A DNA stretch of 32,000 nt from Candidatus Hermodarchaeota archaeon (lineage in GTDB: Archaea > Asgardarchaeota > Heimdallarchaeia > Hodarchaeales > Hodarchaeaceae). The notes beneath the pieces were generated by a model. It did no database searches. It was not told where the DNA came from and was given only the letters and a program-made list of their open reading frames with translations. Positions 1-8,986 of this stretch are shown here, in pieces (positions within the stretch are counted from its first letter, which is position 1; each line of letters begins with the position of its first letter). The position numbers and the translations under genes were made by a program. The stretch spans positions 19,151 to 51,150 of the forward strand of contig JBHLKY010000018.1 in NCBI GenBank assembly GCA_048886185.1. Direction: 5' to 3'.

Positions 1-478
1 GACCTGTAAAATCCTGATAAATCCCCACAAAGGAATAATATCCTTTTTTAGTAATGAAACTCTCTCTTATAACAATTCCAGGAACTCTAGGAGAGATAAG
101 GATAACATCTACATTTTTGGGGGGAGAAATCATATCATAGGCGACTGTATACCCACTGCCAAACACAAGCGTATGCTTATCCTTCAAATACGGCTTTACC
201 TGGTCATTAAAGATTCTTACCATATCATCATCTGATACAAGTAAGAAGAGAATATCTGATTTTTCTATTATTTCAGGGATTTCACCAATGGAAAATCCAT
301 CATTTTTAGCTCGTTGTTTGTAGATATCATTCTGTGGCCCTATTATGACCTGCAAACCTGAATCTTGTAAATTTAAAGCTTGAGCACGAGCTTGATTACC
401 ATAACCTATTATAGCTATTATTTTATCCTTCAAGAGTGATAGGTTTCCCTCTTCTGTATAATAAATAGAAGTCATCAT
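1..478 (-). CDS. ilvC: Ketol-acid reductoisomerase (IlvC)-like protein, N-terminal part; runs off the left edge; not in the ORF track
   Basis: Manual translation from ATG at 478: MMTSIYYTEEGNLSLLKDKIIAIIGYGNQARAQALNLQDSGLQVIIG...DILFLLVSDD...LVFGSGYTVAY...VDVILISPRVPG. This matches the KARI Rossmann domain (GYGxQ, ALNLxDSG, PPxNVDVI). Confidence 0.85.
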   Translation of the reverse strand, partial: MMTSIYYTEEGNLSLLKDKIIAIIGYGNQARAQALNLQDSGLQVIIGPQNDIYKQRAKNDGFSIGEIPEIIEKSDILFLLVSDDDMVRIFNDQVKPYLKDKHTLVFGSGYTVAYDMISPPKNVDVILISPRVPGIVIRESFITKKGYYSFVGIYQDFTG

Positions 479-528
479 GTATTACCCATTAATTTTCTCT
501 TTTACTATTAATTTCTGATAATGGAGTA

Positions 529-1965
529 TTAAATAATGTAGAAAGCCTTGAGGAGGAAGAATCCATAGAAGATTATTGAAAGACATATGATTATTACCTC
601 AAAAATGGAAAAACGATATTCTTTAGGCAACAATATGTAATTAACCGCAAGTAGGCCAATAGAAAAAATAACACCACCAATATTTGCCAATGATCCAGCT
701 AGGAGAACCATGGTTACAGGAGGAGTACCTATAATAATTATGAAAATCCAGAGTACGATAAAAATACCAAGAATTCCGTAATAAACGGGGCGAATATCCC
801 CCCTAAAACGCTCATGAAGACTTGGGAAACTATTCCAGATAATATTCGCAAACTGTCGTATAATACCATCAACGACACCTGTTCCATCAGCAAAAAACAC
901 TAAAGCAAACATAATTAGAATTAAGGCCCAAGAGAAAACTATGACTGTACCTAAGTTTTGAGCGAGGCTAGCGGTAAATCCAAAGATGTTTTCAGTGGCT
1001 GCTTCGGAGGGAACATAATAGTAAAAAAGAGCACAAGGGAATAACATTGTAATCAAACTCCCAAAAAAGAAAATTGGTATTAATTCCAATAGAATATATT
1101 TGTACCATTTTTTTACCCGTTGTTTATTCTCCTCATCTACTTTTGGCATATATCCTTTTACTAAGAAGTCTACTTTTTCACCTCCAAGAGCCCCAGGAAT
1201 GTGACCCAGTTTAGAGGCCATTCCCCATCCAGTATCACGATAATAAGCGGAGATACTCATTCCAGCACTGGCAGCAAGGCCTGCAAATCCCGCTACTGCT
1301 CCTAATGCTAACCAATCTGCACCCTCAGGCAGGTAACCAAAGCTAAAAAACCCAGAAAAAACCTCCACTATCGTTCCAAGTGGAACAGTGAATAGGGTTA
1401 TGATTATTAGTAGGGGAATGATAATCAAGAAGTGTATAATGAAGAACATTAATCCTAGAGTTCTCATTACCTTTTTACCTAAAAAAAGTGGAATCAAAAT
1501 AATTCCTAAAGCAACTAATGTGAAAATAACCCACAAAAATTGACTTTCAGAAGTGGGAACGTCGTTTATGATCATAGCTACAAAAGTTACTCCAAGTAAT
1601 GCGGGATAATAAGGAAATATTGCTGATAATGTTCCAAGAACCACCCATATAGCTGTCCATCCTTTTTTACTGAACCATAAGCGATTCAATCCAATTTGAA
1701 ACGGTTCCCCAGTTAGAATAGTATATTTGGAAGCGCTAATAGCTGTTACGGTCTGTAGAAAAATACTGATGAGTGCTACCCATAAAATGAGAGGCCCATG
1801 CCTTACTATTAGATACGGCCCAGATACAAGTTCACCAGTACCTAAACCAAGTCCTAAAGCGATAATTCCTGGTCCTATAAGAAATTTAAGGTAATCTCGC
1901 CAACTTTTTATTTCAAAAGATTCTGGAATATCCGCTACACCAGTAAATTCTTTATCTGTACCCAT
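529..1965 (-). CDS. NRAMP/APC-superfamily secondary transporter, substrate unknown
   Basis: About 11-12 hydrophobic helices, N-terminal GPGIIALGLGLGTGELV motif, YYRDTGWGM segment; GAGGT RBS upstream. Confidence 0.7.
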   Translation of the reverse strand: MGTDKEFTGVADIPESFEIKSWRDYLKFLIGPGIIALGLGLGTGELVSGPYLIVRHGPLILWVALISIFLQTVTAISASKYTILTGEPFQIGLNRLWFSKKGWTAIWVVLGTLSAIFPYYPALLGVTFVAMIINDVPTSESQFLWVIFTLVALGIILIPLFLGKKVMRTLGLMFFIIHFLIIIPLLIIITLFTVPLGTIVEVFSGFFSFGYLPEGADWLALGAVAGFAGLAASAGMSISAYYRDTGWGMASKLGHIPGALGGEKVDFLVKGYMPKVDEENKQRVKKWYKYILLELIPIFFFGSLITMLFPCALFYYYVPSEAATENIFGFTASLAQNLGTVIVFSWALILIMFALVFFADGTGVVDGIIRQFANIIWNSFPSLHERFRGDIRPVYYGILGIFIVLWIFIIIIGTPPVTMVLLAGSLANIGGVIFSIGLLAVNYILLPKEYRFSIFEVIIICLSIIFYGFFLLKAFYII

Positions 1966-2043
1966 TATATTACCTCACTGTATATTTATGCCATTGTTTT
2001 TCATCATTCTAAAATTATATGAAATTTTACTAAATTTCACAAT

Positions 2044-2057
2044 AAAATCTTTAAAGG
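2044..2057 (+). promoter_or_regulatory. Putative archaeal BRE/TATA element upstream of the DUF3604 gene
   Basis: AAAATC-TTTAAAGG about 35-40 nt upstream of the TTG at 2090. Confidence 0.3.
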
Positions 2058-2089
2058 TTGATCTACTAATCTAATGAAAGACTAAAGAT

Positions 2090-4306
2090 TTGTTACTCCA
2101 TTATCTACTTTTAGGAATTTCTGGAGTGTTTGAATTGGCAAAAGTAAAATTTTCTACAAGGAGTAGAATTGATATAAAACGGTTAGTCCTTCGAATTTTT
2201 CGTATTCTGATCTTTCTTCTAGGTGTTTTCTCTATAATATTCTTCTATTTCGATGTCATTGGCTTAATAATTGGTTTTCTGTTTTTCTTAGTTTTTAAGG
2301 GTGATTGGAAACTTCATGGATTAGTACTCGCGTTTTCAACGGCAATCTCATCATTATTACCACAAAGAGGTATAGCAGATATCACAGGTATATATCCCTT
2401 ATATCTTGTGATTCTTACAGGGTGGGGGATGATTTGTACATACTTTCTAATATTTATTCTTTTTAGAATTGCCTCAAAGTATGAGTTCTTTACTCAGTGG
2501 AGATCTACATTACATCAAAAACTGAATTATTACAAATTTCCCCAGAAATATAACTCTTATTTTCTTATTGGTCTAATTCTCATTCCTATTACAATTTGGA
2601 TGAATATAAACATAAATTTTTCTGTTATACTTGATAATAACCCCAAACTCTTATGGATTAATGCACCTTCAACTGTTGACGAAAATACTTCTTTTAATAT
2701 CACAGTTGAAGCTTGGGATCGTTTTGAGAGATTAAGTGCGATATATCAAGGAACAGTTGCATTTTCTTTGGAATCATATAATTTAACGACATTAACTCCC
2801 CTTTCTGTTGTAATAGCAGAACTTCCTTCTGATTATACATTCACAGGACAGTTTCTCCCTTCGGATATCGCCTATAACATTAATAATGGTAAAGATAATG
2901 GATTGCATGTATTTAATGTAAAAATTGATACTCCTGGTATCCACTATATTCTCGTACAAGATTCTGTAACCCGCAATAAATACTATAGCAATCCAATTGT
3001 GGTTCAAGATACAGAGATTAACATTTATTGGGGAGATATTCATAATCATTCATATTTAAGTGATGGAAGTGGATCTGTAACCCATGCATACTACTATGCA
3101 AGGTATATTGCCTGTTTAGATTATTTCGCACTGACAGATCATGGTGAGATAGTCTCCTTTGTAAATAATGGTTTCAGAAATTATCAGATTTCAACTGAGA
3201 ACGCTTATGAATCAAATAAATTTGTAACTTTTCATGGGATGGAATACACTAATCATCAAACTGGGCATTTTGCATGCATTTTCAACAGCATCAATCTGCC
3301 TGAAGATCCCATAATCTCATCCTATGCAGGAATTAGTACACCATTTGATTTGTGGAGTATTTTGGATAATTTTACGGTATCAACGGGTGATAGGGTGCTG
3401 GCATTACCTCACCATTGTGTGAAGCGAAGTTATATGCAAGATTGGACATATATGAATCCCAATTACGTTAAGATTGCAGAAGTAACATCTGTCCATGGGG
3501 ATTCTCTCTTTGAACCAAGCCATCCACTGAGTTACCGAGGATCTACAGTCCCACCTCCTAAACACACAAATGGTTGTTCCATTATAGATGCTTTGAAAAT
3601 GGGTTATCGATTATCCCTATATGCTAGTAGTGATAGCCATGATGGCCATCCAGGACATTCAATATCTCATACCCCTGCACATGTTGCTCATCAAAATCCC
3701 TGGACAACATGGTGGACAAGAATTGACAAACCCTATCCTGGGGGATTAACCGCAGTCTATGCTCATAGATTAACTCGAAGAACTGTATTTTCATCGTTAG
3801 AAGAACGGAGAATTTTCGCTAATTCAGATCATGGACGTCCAATATTAGATTTTACTATTAATGATCTAACAGTAGGAGAATCAAATTCAACTCTCATAGT
3901 TGTAAATGCCACTGTTCCCCGTCATATTGAAGTATTTCTAGCTCAAGATGGTTCCCCAGCAAGTACTAAGCGCTCAGCTGCTTCTGTAAACCCAAATTGG
4001 AAACCTAATTGGAATGCTACTATTGAAATCATAAAAAATGGAGAAATTCTTACGCAGATCCTGATCACTAATCCAATAAGTGCTGTGACTTTTGTAGATA
4101 ACTCTCCAGTTAGCGGTACAAAATATGGAGAAGAAAGCTGTACAAAGAGAGGAAATAACTATTATATCAACAAGTTTAGTGATAACCCGGTAGAAAAACC
4201 AGAGGATCTTAAGACCAATAGTAGCGATTTTTACTTAATCAGAGTCGTTGGAGCGAATGGACGTCATTCATTTATTGGGCCTATCTGGGTAGAAGTAATG
4301 CAATAA
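2090..4306 (+). CDS. Membrane-anchored PHP-fold metallohydrolase (DUF3604 / CehA-McbA-like)
   Basis: N-terminal TM helices, then YWGDIHNHSYLSDG, ALTDH, GMEYT, ALPHH, ASSDSHDGHPG and GGLTAVYA metal-binding motifs. TTG start uncertain. Confidence 0.75.
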   Translation: MLLHYLLLGISGVFELAKVKFSTRSRIDIKRLVLRIFRILIFLLGVFSIIFFYFDVIGLIIGFLFFLVFKGDWKLHGLVLAFSTAISSLLPQRGIADITGIYPLYLVILTGWGMICTYFLIFILFRIASKYEFFTQWRSTLHQKLNYYKFPQKYNSYFLIGLILIPITIWMNININFSVILDNNPKLLWINAPSTVDENTSFNITVEAWDRFERLSAIYQGTVAFSLESYNLTTLTPLSVVIAELPSDYTFTGQFLPSDIAYNINNGKDNGLHVFNVKIDTPGIHYILVQDSVTRNKYYSNPIVVQDTEINIYWGDIHNHSYLSDGSGSVTHAYYYARYIACLDYFALTDHGEIVSFVNNGFRNYQISTENAYESNKFVTFHGMEYTNHQTGHFACIFNSINLPEDPIISSYAGISTPFDLWSILDNFTVSTGDRVLALPHHCVKRSYMQDWTYMNPNYVKIAEVTSVHGDSLFEPSHPLSYRGSTVPPPKHTNGCSIIDALKMGYRLSLYASSDSHDGHPGHSISHTPAHVAHQNPWTTWWTRIDKPYPGGLTAVYAHRLTRRTVFSSLEERRIFANSDHGRPILDFTINDLTVGESNSTLIVVNATVPRHIEVFLAQDGSPASTKRSAASVNPNWKPNWNATIEIIKNGEILTQILITNPISAVTFVDNSPVSGTKYGEESCTKRGNNYYINKFSDNPVEKPEDLKTNSSDFYLIRVVGANGRHSFIGPIWVEVMQ

Positions 4307-4329
4307 ATTGCACTTTGGAGTATATATTC

Positions 4330-4639
4330 ATGTCCTTAAAGGATTATAATACTATTGTCTTGTTCACATGGGAAGTTAATGACCGTCTTAAGGGGTATCT
4401 AAAAGATAATCTTGAGAATACTCCAAAAAAACCATCTTCCCAATCTTGACGATCAGGGCTGTAAATATCCTTATAAATTCCCGTTTCACACCTTGGATAA
4501 TGTTATCTTATCTCCTCATCGCGCAGCATCCCCTTTTAGTGATCTAGAAAGATGAATTGAAGTTATTGAGAATATATTACGATTAAATTATGGAGAACAA
4601 TCCTTTCTTAACGTGATTGACCTAGAACAGGAATACTGA
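4330..4639 (+). pseudogene. Internally deleted D-isomer-specific 2-hydroxyacid dehydrogenase relic
   Basis: ATG 4330 opens 39 codons to TGA 4447. The +1 frame reads DDQGCKYPYKFPFHTLDNVILSPHRAASPFSDLER*IEVIENILRLNYGEQSFLNVIDLEQEY*, the family C-terminus (NVILSPH, NVIDLxxxY), with an internal TGA at 4553. Confidence 0.75.
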
Positions 4640-4720
4640 TCCTGAAATAAAAGAATAGGAGTAAATAGAGGTGGAAAAGACTTTGAACAAACCAAAAGCC
4701 TTAATGGAGCTGAATATTAA

Positions 4721-5566
4721 ATGAGTATAGAATTACCTGAAGCACTAATCCTCACCAAACAGATGACCAAAGAATTAGTAGGAAAACAAATACATTCATG
4801 GTATTTACAGGATTTTGAGAGATTAATCAAAGTTGGTTTCCTGAATAAGAATATTAAAGATTTTGATCAGTTGGTTAAAGGGAAAGTACAATCAGTTGTT
4901 TCTAGAGGTAATAGTATTGTTGTAAAACTTGATAATAAAATGAATCTTCTTCTTGCACCAGAGTATGGTGGAAAGATCCTTTATCATGAAAAAAATGTCA
5001 CAATTCCAAAGAAAGTCCATTTACTAGTACAGTTTTCTGACAACACCTCATTAACAGTGAGACTAACGAGTATGGGATGCATATATGCTGCTAATGATAA
5101 AGAATTGAAACAATTGTACATTTATGAACGAGATTTTTCTGGTACCTTGTCACCTATAGACGTTGAATTTACATTCAAGCGTTTTTCCCAATTAATAGCT
5201 GGAATGAGAAGAAATATTAAGTCAGTACTTGTTGGAAAGGAAGCAGTAATAGTAGGTGTCTCAAACAGTGCTTTTCAAGATATTATCTACAGAGCGAAAA
5301 TCCATCCTAAAGTGAAGGTATCTGAACTTACTACTGATGAGAGAAAAACAGTTTTCTACGCTATCAAGACACTTATTCAGGAGAGAATTAAGTTTGGAGG
5401 TAAAGACCAGTTTCTTGACTTATATGGCAATTCAGGGAAGTACATACCTACAATGGGACCAAATATGAAGAATAAAGCCTGCCATCATTGTGGAACAACC
5501 ATTGAGAAGTTAAGTATGGGTGGAGGACAAGTTTATTACTGCCCAAGGTGTCAAGTACCTAAATAG
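4721..5566 (+). CDS. Fpg/Nei-family DNA glycosylase-like protein with non-canonical active site
   Basis: N-terminal IELPEA, H2TH motif GVSNSAFQDIIYRAKIHP, C-terminal zinc finger CHHC...YYCPRCQ. Confidence 0.85.
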   Translation: MSIELPEALILTKQMTKELVGKQIHSWYLQDFERLIKVGFLNKNIKDFDQLVKGKVQSVVSRGNSIVVKLDNKMNLLLAPEYGGKILYHEKNVTIPKKVHLLVQFSDNTSLTVRLTSMGCIYAANDKELKQLYIYERDFSGTLSPIDVEFTFKRFSQLIAGMRRNIKSVLVGKEAVIVGVSNSAFQDIIYRAKIHPKVKVSELTTDERKTVFYAIKTLIQERIKFGGKDQFLDLYGNSGKYIPTMGPNMKNKACHHCGTTIEKLSMGGGQVYYCPRCQVPK

Positions 5567-5640
5567 CTATTTAAAACAAATGTTTTAATGAGAAGAAAAA
5601 CCTCTAATTATTTTACTCTTATGAAACGAGATGAAAAATC

Positions 5641-5976
5641 ATGTCTTTTATTAATCTTAAAGAAGTTACTGATAGAGAAGTTGTCCCTGGATTTAAAGGG
5701 AAATTTATCCATACTAAAAACGTTACAGTAGTCCATTGGGCAATAGTTGCAGGATCAAAGCTTTCTGAACATAATCATCCCCATGAACAGATAACAAATA
5801 TTATTGAAGGACAATTAGAACTGACCATGGAGGGAAAAACGAAAATATTAAATCCAGGGGAAGTAGTAGTCGTTCCTTCAAATGTTAAACACCGTGGAAA
5901 AGCAATTTCTGATTGCATTGTAATTGATGTATTTTATCCTGTTAGAGAAGATTATAAGGTTGAATTAAACGGGTGA
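5641..5976 (+). CDS. Cupin domain protein
   Basis: Cupin motif 1 HNHPHEQ...EG and motif 2 GEVVVVPSNVKH. Confidence 0.85.
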   Translation: MSFINLKEVTDREVVPGFKGKFIHTKNVTVVHWAIVAGSKLSEHNHPHEQITNIIEGQLELTMEGKTKILNPGEVVVVPSNVKHRGKAISDCIVIDVFYPVREDYKVELNG

Positions 5977-6000
5977 GACCCTCGACTGGAAAGAGGCTTA

Positions 6001-6491
6001 ATGATGAGTGATCAATATTCGAAAAAATTCATTTTTCCCTCGGTTTTAGGAAGCTTGGGCTTTTTAACAATTTTGATCTCTGAATTCATTGTCTTGCTTC
6101 ATGGTTCGAAAATTGTTCAAGTTACTTGGATTGCTAGTGGTCTTGTTTTGGCTTCAACTATTGTTATTAGGTTTTATTCCATTGACCTCGATTTTTTTCA
6201 TAAAATTATTCGAGAAACCAATCCATTAAAGAATAAAACGCTACATTCGTCACGTTTCTTGAACTGGATTGTCATAGCAATAGCTATTGGACGACACTTC
6301 GCTGGATGATGGTTATTGCCTCCCTTTTATTTGTATTCTCTGACACATTAGTTGGTAACGCAAGGTATGGTCTAATTCGTATCGAAATGGATCAATTGAT
6401 TGATGTCACTTATGTACTTAACATTGTGCTTATGTCTCATGCGATTCTTTTCCTTAAAGATCCTTCTGGGCAAACACCAATAAAAGATTAG
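6001..6491 (+). pseudogene. Split membrane protein, YhhN/TMEM86 (lysoplasmalogenase)-like
   Basis: Two hydrophobic ORFs overlap by 4 nt (6001-6309, 6306-6491). The second carries SLLFVFSDTLVGNARY, resembling the YhhN LFxxSDxxI motif, and its frame is open upstream to 6237. Confidence 0.45.
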
Positions 6492-6625
6492 TATAGTTTG
6501 ACTGATTATCTTGTAATTGATAGCACTAGACTGGCAGAAGGAGATTATTTAGCAAGAAGAATTATTTGCCTAAGTAATAACATTCATAATTGAATATCGA
6601 TTGAAGAAATGATCGAGGTTTCAGT

Positions 6626-7522
6626 ATGGTACCTATCGAAATTAAAGGATTTGAACCAAATCGTTTAGAAGAATTAGCAAAGATCCAAACAGAGATCTAT
6701 AATGCTGCAACTTCCTCTCTACCCAATTCTCCAGCAAAAGTTGAAGACACCATTGCCCGTTTCAAAAGAGAAGCTTTTGATCAAAGTCGAATGTTTTATG
6801 CTTATAAGGGTGATCAAATTGTTGGTTATTCAGGATTAACTGGAAAGGATACTGAACAAAATTTACGAGGAATAGGTTATCCTTGGCTTACTGAAGGGAC
6901 CGACACGAGCGTTAGGGATCTTCTTTATGAAACTATGGTGAAAAAATGCCGTGATGAAGGCACCAAGCTCTTACGAGTCTTTTATTCCCTTAACTATCCT
7001 GATCAACTCGAATTTTTTAAATCAAAAGGATTTGAGTTAAAACATGAATTCCTAGTACATGAAAAAGATCTCACGAAAAATGATTATGAGTTGCCTGCTG
7101 GATATATCTTCCGTCCATTGAAGCGTGAAGATCTCCCCATCCTTGAGGAAGTGTCACGAAAAGATCCAAAAATGAAAAGCCCTTTTGTAGCTTCAGATTA
7201 TGAACAGTATATGGATTCAAGTACATATGATCCTGATAATGTTATAGTAACAGAGAAAGATGGTACTGTAGTAGGATTTTTTGGAATATTCATCCCACCT
7301 GATCCTGAAAGAGAGAGAGCGTTTTTTGCAGGAGTGGCAATACACGGAGATCATCAGGAAATTGAATCCTTTTTAATGAAAGAAGCTGAGAATAGAGCCC
7401 TCGCAAAAGGAAAACAAAAGATGGATATCACCTTCTATCCTGATTCTCCCCGTTTGCCGTTTGCGCAAAAGCAAGGTTATAAGCAATATAGTCACAGCTA
7501 CCAATTGGAAAAAAAACTTTAG
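6626..7522 (+). CDS. Tandem GNAT-family N-acetyltransferase
   Basis: Two GNAT-like halves (YKGDQIVGYSG...LEFFKSKGF; EKDGTVVGFFG...FAQKQGY); GAGGT RBS. Confidence 0.7.
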   Translation: MVPIEIKGFEPNRLEELAKIQTEIYNAATSSLPNSPAKVEDTIARFKREAFDQSRMFYAYKGDQIVGYSGLTGKDTEQNLRGIGYPWLTEGTDTSVRDLLYETMVKKCRDEGTKLLRVFYSLNYPDQLEFFKSKGFELKHEFLVHEKDLTKNDYELPAGYIFRPLKREDLPILEEVSRKDPKMKSPFVASDYEQYMDSSTYDPDNVIVTEKDGTVVGFFGIFIPPDPERERAFFAGVAIHGDHQEIESFLMKEAENRALAKGKQKMDITFYPDSPRLPFAQKQGYKQYSHSYQLEKKL

Positions 7523-7686
7523 GCTAACTTGTAATTTCGAGAAGAATTAGATGATTATCATCAATATGACTATGAATAGCGTGTTATTTTGCTAAAAGTA
7601 TGAGTACCAACTAATACCAAATCTTAAGTCTCAAGCGCATAAAAACATGCTAAAATTTCAGTGATCGATTTACTAATATAGTTTCA

Positions 7687-8703
7687 ATGGTAAACTTCCT
7701 TCTGATCAGATTGCGTAAGAAAATTTTTTTTCTTTTAATCATAATATTCTCATATCCCTATTCATTTTCATGTATTACTCAGAGGAATGCTCAGGGATCA
7801 ACTTTTTATACTCAGGAGAATGTTAAAGGGCCTAATTCTCTTAAATGGCATGAAAATTTAAAATTAGACACTATCCTAGGTTGGCAATTGACCGAATACT
7901 TCCTAAATGGTACACCTTTTTCAATTGCAAAGATTATGATAAAAGAATTTGATGTAGTACAAATTGGTTTTGTCCGAGACCCACCCAGTAGTGCAAGAGA
8001 ATTCTTCGCTCTAGATGCTTTAGCATTCAACTACAAACCACCGATTTGGTTAAATCTTTTTATAGATAGTATGTGGATCGATCTAGATTTAATAGAATTC
8101 AACCTTGAAATAGGTAAAAATGATGAACTATCATTTTTACAGCTATTTATTCTACCAATTGAGTATATTTTTAAAAACGGTAGCTCTTTATCTCTCGATT
8201 ACTTTTTAGATGTCTTTGGAACAGTAATTTTCAACTTTCAAGATTATTCTGTTTCTTCAGAAAATTCTTTCTTTATTGTGGAATGGGGAGTAGGAAAAGG
8301 AATCAATTATACAACTTATTCTTACACAATTTCTCAAACCACAGGAGTTACAACACGCTTTTCTTGGAATACTTCTGATTTTAGGATGATTTGGAACTTC
8401 TGTGATGAAGCATCAAATTTTGACCTCAATGGCAGGTTTGATCTATTAGCAGATCGCTATTCTGTGAGACTCTCGTATCCAGTAACAACTCCTATAGAAT
8501 TTGTAATCCTAATTTTTCTCTTCTTGATTCCTATTAGTCTTTTAGTTCTAAAAATATCTCTTGATAAATTGGAAAAGCTGATTATCCATGAACAGTCAAT
8601 AACAACATCAGATCCTCATAGAATCCATTACTTAATGAAAAAATCCAGATTTCCTTATCATAAAAACCTCAATAAACCAAGGAAGAATAATAAAAGTTCC
8701 TAA
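7687..8703 (+). CDS. Hypothetical protein with signal-like N-terminus and C-terminal TM anchor
   Basis: Basic-then-hydrophobic N-terminus, soluble central region, IEFVILIFLFLIPISLLVL helix near the C-terminus; no family recognised. Confidence 0.55.
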   Translation: MVNFLLIRLRKKIFFLLIIIFSYPYSFSCITQRNAQGSTFYTQENVKGPNSLKWHENLKLDTILGWQLTEYFLNGTPFSIAKIMIKEFDVVQIGFVRDPPSSAREFFALDALAFNYKPPIWLNLFIDSMWIDLDLIEFNLEIGKNDELSFLQLFILPIEYIFKNGSSLSLDYFLDVFGTVIFNFQDYSVSSENSFFIVEWGVGKGINYTTYSYTISQTTGVTTRFSWNTSDFRMIWNFCDEASNFDLNGRFDLLADRYSVRLSYPVTTPIEFVILIFLFLIPISLLVLKISLDKLEKLIIHEQSITTSDPHRIHYLMKKSRFPYHKNLNKPRKNNKSS

Positions 8704-8955
8704 GCAGCAAGAGATTTATTTTTTTAAAATTTTCATTCACTGATATTAGGAACTTTAAATCTCATAATATGACTACAACAACATGATTAGGGTGGAATAA
8801 TCCTCATTGAAGTTCGTTATTATTCGATTATTGAATATTTAGGACATCAAGGGAGTAGAATAGAAGAAATGACTAAATCATGCAGGGTAAGATTTTAAGC
8901 CAAGAATAAGCAAGAAATTACTTCGAACCACCCCCTACAAAGCTTTTTGAAAAAA

Positions 8956-8975
8956 AACATCTATCTTCAGATGTT
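8956..8975. promoter_or_regulatory. Inverted repeat AACATCT-N6-AGATGTT, candidate operator
   Basis: Perfect 7-bp arms ending 11 nt before the radical SAM ATG, just downstream of a T-rich TATA-like tract. Confidence 0.3.
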
Positions 8976-8986
8976 GGCTGCATTAA

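Noticed and set aside
4553-4555. In-frame TGA as selenocysteine or Trp recoding
   Set aside because: It lies in a deleted, frameshifted relic, and TGA serves as a normal stop elsewhere in the window (e.g. 5976, 25320, 30821).
8693-8756. 11-bp inverted repeat AAAGTTCCTAA...TTAGGAACTTT as a MITE end
   Set aside because: No target-site duplication, no second copy or transposase in the window, and one arm lies within a coding 3' end.
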